Assembly: GCA_965249325.1 (NCBI GenBank)
Contig: CBDFLP010000012.1
Coordinates: forward strand, 6,428 to 70,427
Reading direction: 5' to 3'
From: Dehalococcoidia bacterium
GTDB lineage: Bacteria; Chloroflexota; Dehalococcoidia; Lucifugimonadales; Australimonadaceae
DNA length: 64,000 nt
Under the pieces are notes generated by a model. That model did no database searches. It was not told the DNA's origin and saw only the letters and a program-made list of their open reading frames with translations. The first letter of the stretch is position 1. Each line of letters begins with the position of its first letter. This document shows, piece by piece, positions 18,375 through 28,548 of the stretch. Made by a program: the position numbers and the translations under genes.

Positions 18375-19964
18375 TTACCTGTCGAGCCACGCTTCGTTCA
18401 GGATGAGCCAGCCTAACGGGTGCGGAAGCACATTGCGGACATCGTCCCGCTCGCCGTAGAGCACCGGCTGGAAGGCGGTGACCAGACGCGGCACGTCTTC
18501 CACCAGGATGCACTGGATCTGCTTGTACGTCTCTGCGCGCTCAGCTTCGTCCACCTGCCCGCGGGCCTTGACGATCAACGCGTCGAGTTCGTCGTTGTAG
18601 TAACGCGGGGCGTTCCAGGAGGAGTCGCTCATGTACTGGATGCTCAGCGCCTGGTCAGGCGTCCGGCCGAACCAGTACACCACGGTGAACGTCTCCACCA
18701 GCCAGGTGTTCGCCCAGAACTGGTCCTCGGGTCTTTGCACGAGGTTCACGGTGATGCCTGCCGGTGCCGCCCGCTCCTTGAAGGCGACCGATTGCTCCAG
18801 CATGCCCGGGCCGACGTTGCCGGTGTACAGGGTGACCTCTATCCCGTCCGGATAGCCGGCCTCCGCCAGCAACTGCTTCGCGAGCTCGGGGTCGTAGTCC
18901 GGAGGAGCGCACTCCGTAGTGAACACTGGGTCGTTGGGCGCTATCGGGTGATCGTAGGCGATGCTGCCTCTTCCGAAGAGCGCAGCCTGGCGTATGGCTT
19001 CGCGGTCGGTCGCGGCCTGGAAGGCCTGCCGCACCAGTTTGTTGTTGAACGGGGCCTCCCAGTTGCCGAGGTCCAGCCCGATGTGCGAAGAGCTGGCCGT
19101 TTCCAGCACCACGGTTCCGGGGTTAGCCTCGATGCTGGGAGCGGTGGGCGGTTCGAGTTGGTAGATGACATCCACGTCGCCGCTCTTGAGCGCTTCCGCC
19201 CGCGTCGATGGATCCGGGATAAGCTGGAACACCACCCCGTCCAAGTACGGCTTGCCATCGTCCCAGTAGTCGGGGTTCTTCGTGAGCACGGTCCGTTGGC
19301 CGGGCAGGTACTCCTCCAGGATGAAGGGGCCCGTCCCCACGCCTCCCAATGCCAACGATTCCAGGTCGACGTTCGACGGCAGGATCCTCGCCTGGTAGAT
19401 GGAGAGCACCTCTGGGAAGAATGCGCTCGGGCTGACGAGGTCGAACCGGATGGTGTAGTCGTCGATGATCTCCATGCTCTCGATGACCTCGAACGTGGAC
19501 CGGGCAGGGGAGTCGAGCACCGGGTCCAACAGGCGCTCGAACGAGAACACGACGTCCTCTGCCTTGAACTCCTTGCCGTTGTGGAACTCCACTCCCTCCC
19601 GCAGGTGGAAGGTGTAGGACGAAAGGTCCTCACTGGGTTCCCACGACGTGGCCAACTCAGGGTTCATGGAGAGATCAGGCTGGATCATCAGCAGGTTGTC
19701 GTACATCTGCTGGGTGATGATGGTGTCCGCCGTGCCCAACGTGAACAGCGGGTCAAGCGTGTTGTTCTCCGACACCAGCGTCACAGTGAGAGTTCCGCCG
19801 GTCTTCGGCTCGCCAGAGCCTGTACTGCCATCATCACCATCGTCATTGCCGCAGGCGCCGATTATGAAGAGCGCCCCGATAGCCAGCGCGATGAGCGCTG
19901 CCATGCGCAGCCACCTGGCCCTGCTGGTCTCGATGCCGGTTGCTTCTGCCATCTCTTCTGCCAT
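18375..19964 (-). CDS. ABC transporter substrate-binding protein, family 5 (peptide/nickel)
   Basis: 529 aa with a signal/lipobox-like N-terminus (LFIIGACGNDD) and an SBP_bac_5-type body. It is the first gene of the 4-gene operon. Confidence 0.9.
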   Translation of the reverse strand: MAEEMAEATGIETSRARWLRMAALIALAIGALFIIGACGNDDGDDGSTGSGEPKTGGTLTVTLVSENNTLDPLFTLGTADTIITQQMYDNLLMIQPDLSMNPELATSWEPSEDLSSYTFHLREGVEFHNGKEFKAEDVVFSFERLLDPVLDSPARSTFEVIESMEIIDDYTIRFDLVSPSAFFPEVLSIYQARILPSNVDLESLALGGVGTGPFILEEYLPGQRTVLTKNPDYWDDGKPYLDGVVFQLIPDPSTRAEALKSGDVDVIYQLEPPTAPSIEANPGTVVLETASSSHIGLDLGNWEAPFNNKLVRQAFQAATDREAIRQAALFGRGSIAYDHPIAPNDPVFTTECAPPDYDPELAKQLLAEAGYPDGIEVTLYTGNVGPGMLEQSVAFKERAAPAGITVNLVQRPEDQFWANTWLVETFTVVYWFGRTPDQALSIQYMSDSSWNAPRYYNDELDALIVKARGQVDEAERAETYKQIQCILVEDVPRLVTAFQPVLYGERDDVRNVLPHPLGWLILNEAWLDR

Positions 19965-20689
19965 CTATTGCACCTCATCCATAGTCCCAAGCGGCGGGTT
20001 GTCCTTCGCATGGGAGCCGTAGTCCTGAGCTTGTATTTGCCGCCCCTGCGAGGCGCGTCAAAATCCTCCGCGCCGCGCCTTCTGTTTTGAGGTGTCAGGG
20101 GGCGAGGGCAGTACGGATAATCTGCTTCGGGAATACCGAAAAGGGGGGTAGCTCGCCTGTTGCCGGCCTTTTGTTCGGCTACGGGGGAAGCGGTCCGTTT
20201 TACCTCGGAGTGGCTTGCAGCCAGCCGATCGGCGGCGAGTTCGCGTTAGAGTAGGCAGAGTTTCAGAGGGTGTCAATCTCGCGATTCCGTCAGCGATTGC
20301 GGCGATAACGTCACAAACCGGCATCGCAGTGAAGCCTGTGCCGCAATGGGCGTGGGCAAGGCCGTGGCCATGCTTTTACCCAATCAGACCGGGCTGGGGC
20401 AGTCGCAAGCGAGGCGCCGCCAAGAACCCTCTGCTCCTCACCACCGTCTAGGGAATGCCGTTTACCAAGGCTGTGCTGCGTCCGTTTCGGCGTCGTGCTA
20501 CTAGAATCCCGAATTTCGTCTGAGCGGCGCCAATCCGCGGCCTTATCCGCCATATTTCAAGCGGCAGGCAATCTTGCAGGGAAATCTTGGCCCCCTCGTC
20601 ATGCCCGTGAACACGCGTGCCAGCCGGGGCGAGGCTACGGCGCTTCGATGCGGTGCTATAGTTGGCGCATCTCTAGCTCCGGAGCACCG

Positions 20690-21919
20690 ATGAGGCTTGG
20701 GCCGACGACTCGCGGACTCACTACGCTGTACTCGACGACCATCCTGCTTGGCTCCGGTCACGGGATGCTGTTCCCCATCATTCCGCTGATAGCCAGCGAG
20801 TTCGGAATCTCCGGCGGCATCAGCGCGCAGACGGTGACGGCGTTCGCCGCGGGCCGTCTCCTCGGCCAGCCCCTCGGCGGCGTCCTGATAGACCGTTTCG
20901 GCACCCGCCCGGCGGTGACGGTCGGGCCCCTGGTGATAGGCGTGTCCGTGCTCATTGGCGCGGTGACGCCGTGGTTCTGGCCGTTGCTGGTCGCGTTGTT
21001 CATTGCGGGGGCGGCGGACAGCGGGTGGATGCTGGGGCGCGAGGTGGCCGGGGTCGACCTCGTGCGTCCGGAGCAACGGGGCAGACTGATGAGCGGGTTC
21101 ATGGGGTTCCACGGCGTCGGCATGGGACTCGGCGCGCTGCTGAGCGGCGTGCTCGGAGACGAGATCGGCTTCCGACCGGTGTTCTACGTCTACACGGGCC
21201 TGGCGGCGGGGGTCTTCCTGCTGGGACTGTTCATTCCGAGCGGCCACCGGCATCACCGCCCCCAAGCCGACGTGGCCCCCGCCCTTCAACGCGAAAGCTG
21301 GTTCGCCCGGTTGAGGGGCCTGATTCTGCAGATCGACCCGCAGTTGCGGTCGACCTACGTTGTGCTGGTGTTCGCGACGGCGAGCATGATGCTGTACCGC
21401 ATGGCGTACCAAGGCATCCTGCCGGTCTACTCCGCCGAAATCGGCATGTCGGCGGCGGACATCGGGAGGCTCTTCTTCGTGGTGTCGATGGGGTCGCTGG
21501 TGATGATTGTTCCCGCCGGGTTCATCGTGGACAAGGTGGGCAGGAAGTGGGCGACGGTCCCGAGCACGGCGATACCGGGCGTTGCGTTCCTGCTGATTCC
21601 GTTCATGGACTCTTTCGGCCCGTTGATGGTGATAGCGGTCCTGATGGGTTTCTCTAATGGCTTGTCGCTCGGTTCCGTGGCGACGTCGACGTACGACGTC
21701 GCGCCGGAGGCGGTGCGGGCGCGTCTGCAGGCGTTGCGGCGGACGTTTGCGGAGGTCGGGGCGATAACGGGCCCGCTGCTGGGCGGTTACCTGTCGATTC
21801 AGTTCGGGGCGGGGGTGGTGTTCCTCGTGTACGCGCCGGCGCTGCTCATCGCGGCGTTCCTGCTCCTGTTCGTCGCCCGCGAGACGCTAGTGAAGCAGCG
21901 CGCGCCGGCCTCGGCGTAG
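20690..21919 (+). CDS. MFS transporter
   Basis: Start is at MRLGPTT (20690, behind GGAGC). There are about 12 hydrophobic segments, and G..IDRFGTRP is the MFS loop 2-3 motif. Confidence 0.8.
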   Translation: MRLGPTTRGLTTLYSTTILLGSGHGMLFPIIPLIASEFGISGGISAQTVTAFAAGRLLGQPLGGVLIDRFGTRPAVTVGPLVIGVSVLIGAVTPWFWPLLVALFIAGAADSGWMLGREVAGVDLVRPEQRGRLMSGFMGFHGVGMGLGALLSGVLGDEIGFRPVFYVYTGLAAGVFLLGLFIPSGHRHHRPQADVAPALQRESWFARLRGLILQIDPQLRSTYVVLVFATASMMLYRMAYQGILPVYSAEIGMSAADIGRLFFVVSMGSLVMIVPAGFIVDKVGRKWATVPSTAIPGVAFLLIPFMDSFGPLMVIAVLMGFSNGLSLGSVATSTYDVAPEAVRARLQALRRTFAEVGAITGPLLGGYLSIQFGAGVVFLVYAPALLIAAFLLLFVARETLVKQRAPASA

Positions 21920-21925
21920 GGGCGC

Positions 21926-23242
21926 GTGCCCCTTTTCAGCGGCCTAGCGCATCGGACGCCGTTCTACTACGGGTGGGTGGTCGCGGGGGCGGTGTCCGTC
22001 ACCATGATGCTGAGCGGCACGCTTGCCGCCCCCATCTTCGGCATATTCATTCCGGCGTGGACTGAGGAGTTCGGGTGGTCGCGCACCGCTATCGCCGGCG
22101 CGTTCAGCTTCGCGACGGTGATGGCCGGGCTGGCGGGGCCCCTCGTGGGCCGCGCGTTGGACAAGTACGGCGGCCGGCTGGTGATGGGGGGCGGCGCACT
22201 GATGATGGGGGCGTCGCTCATCGGCATGGGATTCGTCGGAAGCCTAGTCGCGCTCTATCTGGTCTTCTCAGTGGGCCGGGCTGCCACGATGAGCATCCAG
22301 AACCTGGCGGCCCATACGGTCATAGCGAACTGGTTCATCCGGCGCCGGGCCTTCGCGACCGCGGTCGCCGTGAATGGCAGCAGGATAGGGCTGGGCATCT
22401 GGCCGGTGCTTGCCGCGCTGGTGATAGCGAACGTGGGCTGGCGGGAAGCGTTCTGGGCGCTGGGGGCGGTGGTGACCTTGATTGCGGCCGCGCCTCTCTT
22501 GACGATCATCGCGCGCAGGCCAGAGGAGGTCGGCCTGCACCCCGACGGCCGCCCGCGCCCGGCGACGTCGCCGGCTGGGTCGCGCATCAGTCCCGCCGAA
22601 CGCGCTTGGGCCGAGCGCAACTGGACGGCGCGCGAGGCGGTCCGTACGTCATCGTTCTGGTTCCTCATGCTGACGCACATGGGCGTGATGCTCGTCGGCG
22701 GAGGGTTCGGCGTGCATCGCATTCCCTTCTTCTTGGATAGGGGCCTCGCCGACGCATGGGTTGGGCCGGTGCTGTTGCTTCACGCGATAGGGATGCTCAT
22801 CGGCGGGTTCCTTGCGGCGTGGCTGATGGGATTCATGCCGCGCCGCGTCGTAATCTCCGTATCGATGGCTGCGGGGGCGGCGGCGATGCTCGTCGCCCTT
22901 GTCGTGCCGCCGGACGCGCCTATCGCGGTCTTCACGTTCTTGGAGTCGATGGCGTTCGGGGGCATCTTCGCGATGCTGCCCGTGGTCTACGCAGACTACT
23001 TTGGCCGTGAGTCGATAGGGACGATCAGGGGCCTGACGCACCCGATTGTGGTGGGGTCGAATGCGGCGGGCCCGCTGTTCGCTGGCCTGGTGTTCGACGC
23101 GACGGGCGGGGAGCACACATGGGCGTTCGTGAGTTTCAGTGTCGTCCTGGCGTTGGGCGCAATCAGCGCGCTCCTGGCCCGTCCGCCGTCGATTGCGGTT
23201 GACAGAAGCAACGCCCTTGGGGACACTCCCGCCGACCCATAA
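21926..23242 (+). CDS. MFS transporter (oxalate/formate antiporter-like)
   Basis: 438 aa, multi-TM, with the loop motif GRALDKYGGR. Confidence 0.85.
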   Translation: MPLFSGLAHRTPFYYGWVVAGAVSVTMMLSGTLAAPIFGIFIPAWTEEFGWSRTAIAGAFSFATVMAGLAGPLVGRALDKYGGRLVMGGGALMMGASLIGMGFVGSLVALYLVFSVGRAATMSIQNLAAHTVIANWFIRRRAFATAVAVNGSRIGLGIWPVLAALVIANVGWREAFWALGAVVTLIAAAPLLTIIARRPEEVGLHPDGRPRPATSPAGSRISPAERAWAERNWTAREAVRTSSFWFLMLTHMGVMLVGGGFGVHRIPFFLDRGLADAWVGPVLLLHAIGMLIGGFLAAWLMGFMPRRVVISVSMAAGAAAMLVALVVPPDAPIAVFTFLESMAFGGIFAMLPVVYADYFGRESIGTIRGLTHPIVVGSNAAGPLFAGLVFDATGGEHTWAFVSFSVVLALGAISALLARPPSIAVDRSNALGDTPADP

Positions 23243-23258
23243 CGCTTCGGAGGACGAC

Positions 23259-24080
23259 ATGGCCGACTACGCTCGCGCAGACCTGCTCGTCGAGACTGAT
23301 TGGCTCGCCGACCACCTCGGCGACCCCAACGTCCGAGTGGTTGAGATGGCCCAGGAAGGCGGCGACTTCGAGGCAGGGCATATCCCCGGCGCCGCGCTCT
23401 CTCCCACCTGGCAGATTAAAGGAACGGAGAACACGCGGCTGGTCGCGCCCCCGGACGAGGCCAAAGCCTGGTTTGAGTCCGTCGGCATCGGCGACGATAC
23501 GCTGGTGGTCGGCTACGACCGCTTCCACAGTCGCGACGCTGGGCGCTTGTGGTGGGTGCTCAACTACTACGGGCACACGAACGTGAAGGTGCTCAACGGC
23601 GGATGGACCAAGTGGCTGGCGGAGGGGAGGGCGGTCGCGTCGGGCCCTTCGACGGTCGCCGCCGGTGGCGCGTTCACCCCCAAGGGGCCGGACCACGAGA
23701 TCGAGTCCACCGTGGAGAAGCTCAAGGACGCGATCGGACGAGACGACGTCGTTATCTGGGACGTCCGCTCGGACGCCGAGTACAGCGGAGAGAACGCTCG
23801 GGGCAATGCCCGCTTCGGTCACGTGCCGGGCGCGGTTCATCTGGAATGGACGCATCTGATGGCCGCCGACGATACGTTCAAGCCCCCGGAGGAGCTGGAG
23901 GCCCTCACGCGCGGTCTCGGGATAACGCCTGAGAAGACCGTACATATCTACTGACAGGGCGGAGTGCGTGCGGCGCACGCAGCATTCGTCCTGGCGTTGA
24001 TCGGCCACCCTCGAGCCTGCATGTACGACGGCTCGATGGGCGAATGGGCCAACCGCGACGACACGCCATTGGAGACGTAG
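23259..24080 (+). CDS. Two-domain rhodanese (thiosulfate/3-mercaptopyruvate sulfurtransferase-like) with in-frame UGA at the catalytic Cys position (probable selenocysteine, 23952-23954)
   Basis: Start is MADYARADLLVETDWLADHL. The frame continues through TGA: ...KTVHIY-TGA-QGGVRAAHAAFVLALIGHP.ACMYDGSMGEWANRDDTPLET, ending at TAG 24078-24080. The TGA replaces the Cys of the rhodanese active-site loop Y-C-x-x-G-x-R. Confidence 0.7.
23965..23981 (+). other. Putative bacterial SECIS hairpin
   Basis: Perfect 7-bp stem tgcgtgc / gcacgca with loop ggc, starting 10 nt after TGA 23952-23954. The spacing is the same as at 6444. Confidence 0.55.
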
Positions 24081-24120
24081 CGGGGAAGCGACTGTCGGTC
24101 GAACGAACGAGCCGACGCGC

Positions 24121-24156
24121 AGGGGGAGCGCCGCGATTGTCACGGGCGCTCCCCCT
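24121..24156. terminator. Bidirectional terminator-like hairpin
   Basis: 12-bp inverted repeat agggggagcgcc / ggcgctccccct between convergent genes ending at 24080 (+) and 24181 (-). Confidence 0.55.
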
Positions 24157-24180
24157 ATCTTTAACGGGCGACCGAGGCCG

Positions 24181-24987
24181 CTACTCGATGGCGAATACGG
24201 CTTGCACTTCCACGCTAACCTCTAGCTCGCCGGCGAAGAACTGCGTCGGCGGGCCTGCTGAGTCCGAGGCCGCCATCGCGAATCGCGCCTCAGCGAAGGG
24301 GAAGGAGTCGGCGCTGCCCTCCGATACGGAGATGAGCGTGCCGCGAGTGACCTCCAGTTGCGTAGCGTAGAGGTCCGCCTTCTCCACGGCGTCCTGTATC
24401 GCGCTGATGCGGGCTTCGCGCTTCAGTGCGGTAGTGTCTTCTATGCGGAAGACGATGCTGTTGACGCGCGTTAGGTCGCCGCCCGCCTCAACGGCGCGGT
24501 CCACGACGTCGCCGGTGGCGTTGAGGTCGCGGAGCGTAACGTTCAGGGTATTCGTTACCTGGAAGCCGAGTAGTTGCTGCTCGCCCTCGCGCAAGTACTG
24601 GTAGCGTGGATTGATGGAGAAGTACGACGTCCGTATGTCATCCTCCGCCACGCCTGCCGCGCGCAGCTCGGCCACGATGGCCGTGAGGGCGCTTGCGGCA
24701 TCGGCTCGCGCCTCGCTCACGCTGTCGCGCAGCGCCTCGACGCCGAGCGAAAGGACCGCGATGTCCGGCGTGCCGGATGCGACTCCGTAGCCGGATGCGT
24801 GGATGCCGACCTGCGTCGTGTTATAGATGGATACGTCTCCGCTGACTGCTGAAGCCGGCAACGGGGCGTCGCTATCGCCGTTTTCCTCGGAGCCCGAGCA
24901 CGCCGCGAACAGCGCCATCGCCGCCAGCGCGCTTGCCAGGAGCAGCAGTCCCCTCGACCGCCGCCGTACCACGTCCGAAATAGTCAT
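24181..24987 (-). CDS. SIMPL-domain (DUF541) secreted/lipoprotein
   Basis: 268 aa with signal peptide and lipobox (LFAACSG). The body pattern (GYGVASGTPDIAVLSLGVE...RADAASAL...) is typical of the SIMPL / 26-kDa periplasmic immunogenic protein family. Confidence 0.75.
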   Translation of the reverse strand: MTISDVVRRRSRGLLLLASALAAMALFAACSGSEENGDSDAPLPASAVSGDVSIYNTTQVGIHASGYGVASGTPDIAVLSLGVEALRDSVSEARADAASALTAIVAELRAAGVAEDDIRTSYFSINPRYQYLREGEQQLLGFQVTNTLNVTLRDLNATGDVVDRAVEAGGDLTRVNSIVFRIEDTTALKREARISAIQDAVEKADLYATQLEVTRGTLISVSEGSADSFPFAEARFAMAASDSAGPPTQFFAGELEVSVEVQAVFAIE

Positions 24988-25113
24988 TTCATGCCTCCTG
25001 AGTCCCGCCCCTGGTCCTTTCCCCTCTCGTTGGAATTGCCCACAGGAGGAAAGGGGAAATGGCGTCCAGTCACTGGGTAGACGGAACGATACGTGAAAAA
25101 GTTCCCATCGCTA

Positions 25114-25821
25114 CTAGGTCTCGGTGCGCGAGGCGCGGTGCCTGAGAGCGACGACTCCGAGGGCGAGGACCACCATGGTAAGTCCCAGGGCCAGCTGCGC
25201 CCAGCGAAGGGCCGATGGACCGGTGGCTTCGCCATCGCCGCCGAGCTCGGCTTCGTCGCTGGCCTCGAGGGCGAGCGGGGCCGTAGCCGCCTCGGAAGCC
25301 GCATCCGGCGCGGACGCGAACCGCTCGCTCGCCTGGCGCATGCTCTCGGGAATCGGGTCGGCTGCTCCGACCGGCGCGGCCTCCGACGTGAGGGACTCGC
25401 CCTGCATCACCATGCTGTCCGACGCTAGGCCCTCCGTTTCCATCAAGTCGGCTGAGTCGGCGGAGAAGCGCTCGGCGTCGCGGCCGACGCCTCCGATGTC
25501 CGCGCCGATGAGGGCGACGAGCAAGACGGCCGTGGCTGCTGTTGCGGTCTGCATCCACCGCAGCAGCCCGCGCCCCTCGTTCGCCGTAGTCGGCCTTGGG
25601 GCGTAGGGCAGCGCGAAGGACCGGGGCGCCGGGACATCCGGCTGCACCCTCAGGAGCGCCGTCACGCCTTCGAGCTCGGCGATCTCTTGGGCCAGGGCCG
25701 GGTCTGTCCGAGCTGCGTCCGAAAGCTCCCGCTCGCCTGCCGCGTCGAGGGAGCCGTCGAGGCGCCGCATGAGCAGCTCCTCGCGTCTGCGCCGCTTCTT
25801 GCTGAACAGTCCGCCTATCAT
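25114..25821 (-). CDS. Putative membrane anti-sigma factor
   Basis: It overlaps the ECF sigma gene stop by 4 nt. It has an N-terminal cytoplasmic helix region, a central TM segment (TATAATAVLLVALIGA) and a second C-terminal TM segment. Confidence 0.55.
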   Translation of the reverse strand: MIGGLFSKKRRRREELLMRRLDGSLDAAGERELSDAARTDPALAQEIAELEGVTALLRVQPDVPAPRSFALPYAPRPTTANEGRGLLRWMQTATAATAVLLVALIGADIGGVGRDAERFSADSADLMETEGLASDSMVMQGESLTSEAAPVGAADPIPESMRQASERFASAPDAASEAATAPLALEASDEAELGGDGEATGPSALRWAQLALGLTMVVLALGVVALRHRASRTET

Positions 25822-26447
25822 TCCGCCTCTCCGTTCTGACGGGAGTGCTCGCTGGAAAGTTCCACCTGGTCTCGCAGGAGCTCGCGGAGGCGCTGGCGCG
25901 CGCGAAACAGCCGCGACTTGACCGTGCCGATATTCACGCCCGTCGCCAGGGACGCTTCCTGATAGTCCAGGCCTTGCAGGTCCACGAGCGTCACGACGAG
26001 GCGCTGGTCGTCGGGCAGGCGGGCGACGGCGTCGCGAACGAGCCGTACGGTCTCGGCGCGCTCGGCGGACTCGTCAGGTTGCGGGCCGGGGTCGGGCCAG
26101 GGGTCTGCTGGATCGCCGCCTTCCGTGTACTGCTCCAGCGATGAGGCGCGCCGGTGGGCGGGAGAGCGCAGGACGTCGCGGGCGCGGTTCGTCACGATGG
26201 CCAGCAGCCACGCTCGCAGGCTGCCGCCCCGGTAACGGCTGATGTTCCGGTACGCGGAAAAGAACGCCTCTTGAGTGACATCCTCAGCCGATGCGGGGTC
26301 CCGCAGCATCCGGAGCGCGACGTTATAGGCGAGGGACTGGTGGCGCTCGACGATGGCGTTGAACGCGACGAGGTCGCCGGCTTGGGAGCGGGCGACCCAT
26401 TCCTGTTCGTCGGCGTTCGAAATGGTCTGTTCGGGTTGGTTCCGCAA
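25818..26447 (-). CDS. ECF-type RNA polymerase sigma-70 factor
   Basis: 209 aa. Region 2 reads FNAIVERHQSLAYNVALRML.D...AEDVTQEAF, and the region 4 HTH reads LDYQEASLATGVNIGTVKSRLFRARQRL. Confidence 0.9.
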   Translation of the reverse strand: MRNQPEQTISNADEQEWVARSQAGDLVAFNAIVERHQSLAYNVALRMLRDPASAEDVTQEAFFSAYRNISRYRGGSLRAWLLAIVTNRARDVLRSPAHRRASSLEQYTEGGDPADPWPDPGPQPDESAERAETVRLVRDAVARLPDDQRLVVTLVDLQGLDYQEASLATGVNIGTVKSRLFRARQRLRELLRDQVELSSEHSRQNGEAE

Positions 26448-26532
26448 GAGGCTCCAGCGCCGCTCCGAGGGGGCATTCTATCGCCCGCGAGTATAATGAA
26501 GGGGCGCGGCTGCTCCGGGCCGCCCTCTCCTT

Positions 26533-27138
26533 ATGCAATCCGTCCTCCGCGAAACAATCGAGACGGTCGCCCTGGCGGTCTTCCTCGTCCTTCTGCTCCA
26601 ATCGGCGGTCCAGAACTACCGGGTTGAGGGTCCGAGCATGCTCCCGCTGCTGGAGAACTTCGACCGGGTGCTGGTCAATAAGCTGGCCTACACGGAGGTT
26701 GATGCGCAGCGAGCGGCCCGTTGGATCCCGGGACTGGAGGCGGGCGACAAAGAGTCGTGGCATCCGGTGGGAGGGCCGGGATACGGCGACGTAGTCGTCT
26801 TCCGCTGGCCGCGGGACGAGCGCCAGAACTTCGTGAAGCGCATCATCGGCCTGCCGGGCGACAACATTCGCATCCAGCGGGGCAATGTCTATCGCAACGG
26901 AGCCGTGATCGACGAACCCTACGTCGAGAGGGAGTCTGGGGAAACCATTGCGGAACGGACGGTCCCGGATGGCGAGTATTACGTGATGGGCGACAATCGC
27001 CGACAGAGTGACGACTCCCGTCACTGGGGGAACGTGCCGGCGGAAAATATCGTCGGCAAGATATGGGTGGCCTATTGGCCGCTCAATCGCTTCAGCGCGC
27101 TGTTCGCCCGCCCTCTCCTAACGGGCGCCATCCGCTAA
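26533..27138 (+). CDS. lepB: Signal peptidase I
   Basis: 201 aa with the catalytic boxes GPSMLP, KRIIGLPGD and GDNRRQSDDSRHWG. Confidence 0.9.
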   Translation: MQSVLRETIETVALAVFLVLLLQSAVQNYRVEGPSMLPLLENFDRVLVNKLAYTEVDAQRAARWIPGLEAGDKESWHPVGGPGYGDVVVFRWPRDERQNFVKRIIGLPGDNIRIQRGNVYRNGAVIDEPYVERESGETIAERTVPDGEYYVMGDNRRQSDDSRHWGNVPAENIVGKIWVAYWPLNRFSALFARPLLTGAIR

Positions 27139-27149
27139 GCTAGTCCTGT

Positions 27150-27225
27150 GCCCCTGTAGCTCAAATGGCAGAGCGCCGGGCTTTTAACCCGGGCGTTGCA
27201 GGTTCGAGTCCTGTCGGGGGCACCA
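27150..27225 (+). tRNA. tRNA-Lys (anticodon UUU), CCA encoded
   Basis: Hand-folded cloverleaf. Acceptor is gcccctg/cgggggc, D stem gctc/gagc, anticodon stem ccggg/cccgg with loop cTTTTaa, T arm gcagg-ttcgagt-cctgt, discriminator A, then CCA. Confidence 0.85.
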
Positions 27226-27957
27226 TACTGAATCAATATCAAGAGTAAATACTGGTGGTCTGCGGACGTATGCCGTGATGGCAGCTGCCGCTGAGACAGC
27301 CCCGGCGCTATCAGGGCGACCAACCCTAGTGGCGGGCCTTCCTCCGTTTCAGGGGCCGGAGGCGGAGGGGGAGCCGACGTGGGGGTGGGCTTCACTCGCC
27401 TCCCTGGCGCGGTAGTCGTCCAGCCTCGCCTGCAGACTCTCGAGCCGCTCGGTGATGAACTTCCGCTGCCGGTCAAACTGCGCCTCGGTGAACTTACGGC
27501 CCGGGTGCGGGCGGACGCGTGCGACTCGCGCCTGATCTATTCGGCCGTGAACTCGATCACTGAACTGCGCAACCAACGGTCAACTCTCGCATTCGCCGGG
27601 AAGTAGCGCGAGCTTGGCAACAGCCGTTCGCCGTCGGCCGGGATGAAGCCGAACTCGACGCGTCCATCTTCGAGGCGCTGCGCCGTGATTCGCCCGAGTG
27701 TCTCACCGCCATGCTCCACTGGAGATGAAACCAGCCAGCGACCGACCGACTCGACCGGGAAGTAGCGAGAGCTCGGCAGAATGCGCTCGCCGCCCACGGG
27801 CTGGAATCCGAATTCGATTCGTCCATCATCCAACAGTCGCGCAACGATCCGGCCCTCCACAACGGCTTCCGTCATCAGATCCCCGTCCGCTACGGGTTCA
27901 GGCGTCCCTTCGTCGGGCGGCTCCTCCGTTGGGTCTTCGGCAGTGCCGCCGGACCGG

Positions 27958-28548
27958 GCGGGGTTGGCGCTGTCGATCTCGGAGCAGCCATAGTTGTTGC
28001 AGGCGACGACCCAGTAGTAGTTGTGGCTGTCGTCGGGGTCGGTGTGCGTGTAACTGGTGACGGTAAGCTCGGTCGCAAGCTCGTCGCAGAAGCTCGGTCC
28101 GCTGCTACCCAGCCGGCAACTCGAGTCGAAGAAGTCGTCGTAGTAGACGGTGTAGGACTCCGCATCCGCGGAGGCGTCCCAGGTGAGGACGATGGCCGAG
28201 CCGTCGTACTCGTAACGCTGGTTGGCGGGCGCAACGGGCGGAGAGCCGCCGAGCTGGGCGGGGTTGGCGCTGTCGATCTCGGAGCAGCCATAGTTGTTGC
28301 AGGCGACGACCCAATAGTAGTTGCGGCTGGTGTCGGGGTCGGTGTGTGTAACTGGTGGCGGTAAGCTCGGTCGCAAGCTCGTCGCAGAAGCTCGGTCCGC
28401 TGCTACCCAGCCGGCAACTCGAGTCGAAGAAGTTGTCGTAGTAGACGGTGTAGGAGGCGGCATCCGCGGAGGCGTCCCAGGTGAGGACGATGGCCGAGCC
28501 GTCGTACTCGTAACGCTGGTTGGCAGGCGCAACGGGCGGAGGGCCGCC
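27958..28548 (-). repeat. About 300-bp tandem duplication inside the LRR gene (FN3-like module x2)
   Basis: 27958-28250 and 28258-28548 are near-identical by eye. The upstream (5') copy has gtgtgtgta where the other has gtgtgcgtgta, a 2-nt deletion that causes the frame change. Confidence 0.85.

Noticed and set aside
19965-20689. A 725-bp divergent intergenic region between the peptide ABC operon and an MFS gene, inspected on both strands for riboswitch hallmarks (B12 core, TPP CUGAGA, SAM).
   Set aside because: No convincing conserved core was found by eye. It may simply hold two divergent promoters. An Rfam scan would be needed to say more.
27349-27576. A 75-aa ORF on the minus strand between tRNA-Lys and the LRR gene, with a coiled-coil-like segment KFTEAQFDRQRKFITERLESLQARLDDYRAREA.
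   Set aside because: It overlaps the 3' end of the LRR gene by 40 nt, has no RBS that I could see and no recognisable family. Evidence is insufficient to call it.
28341-28350. Phase variation through the GT dinucleotide tract in the LRR gene.
   Set aside because: The tract is only about 4 units long, and the gene has other unrelated frame breaks. Decay or an assembly error is more parsimonious.
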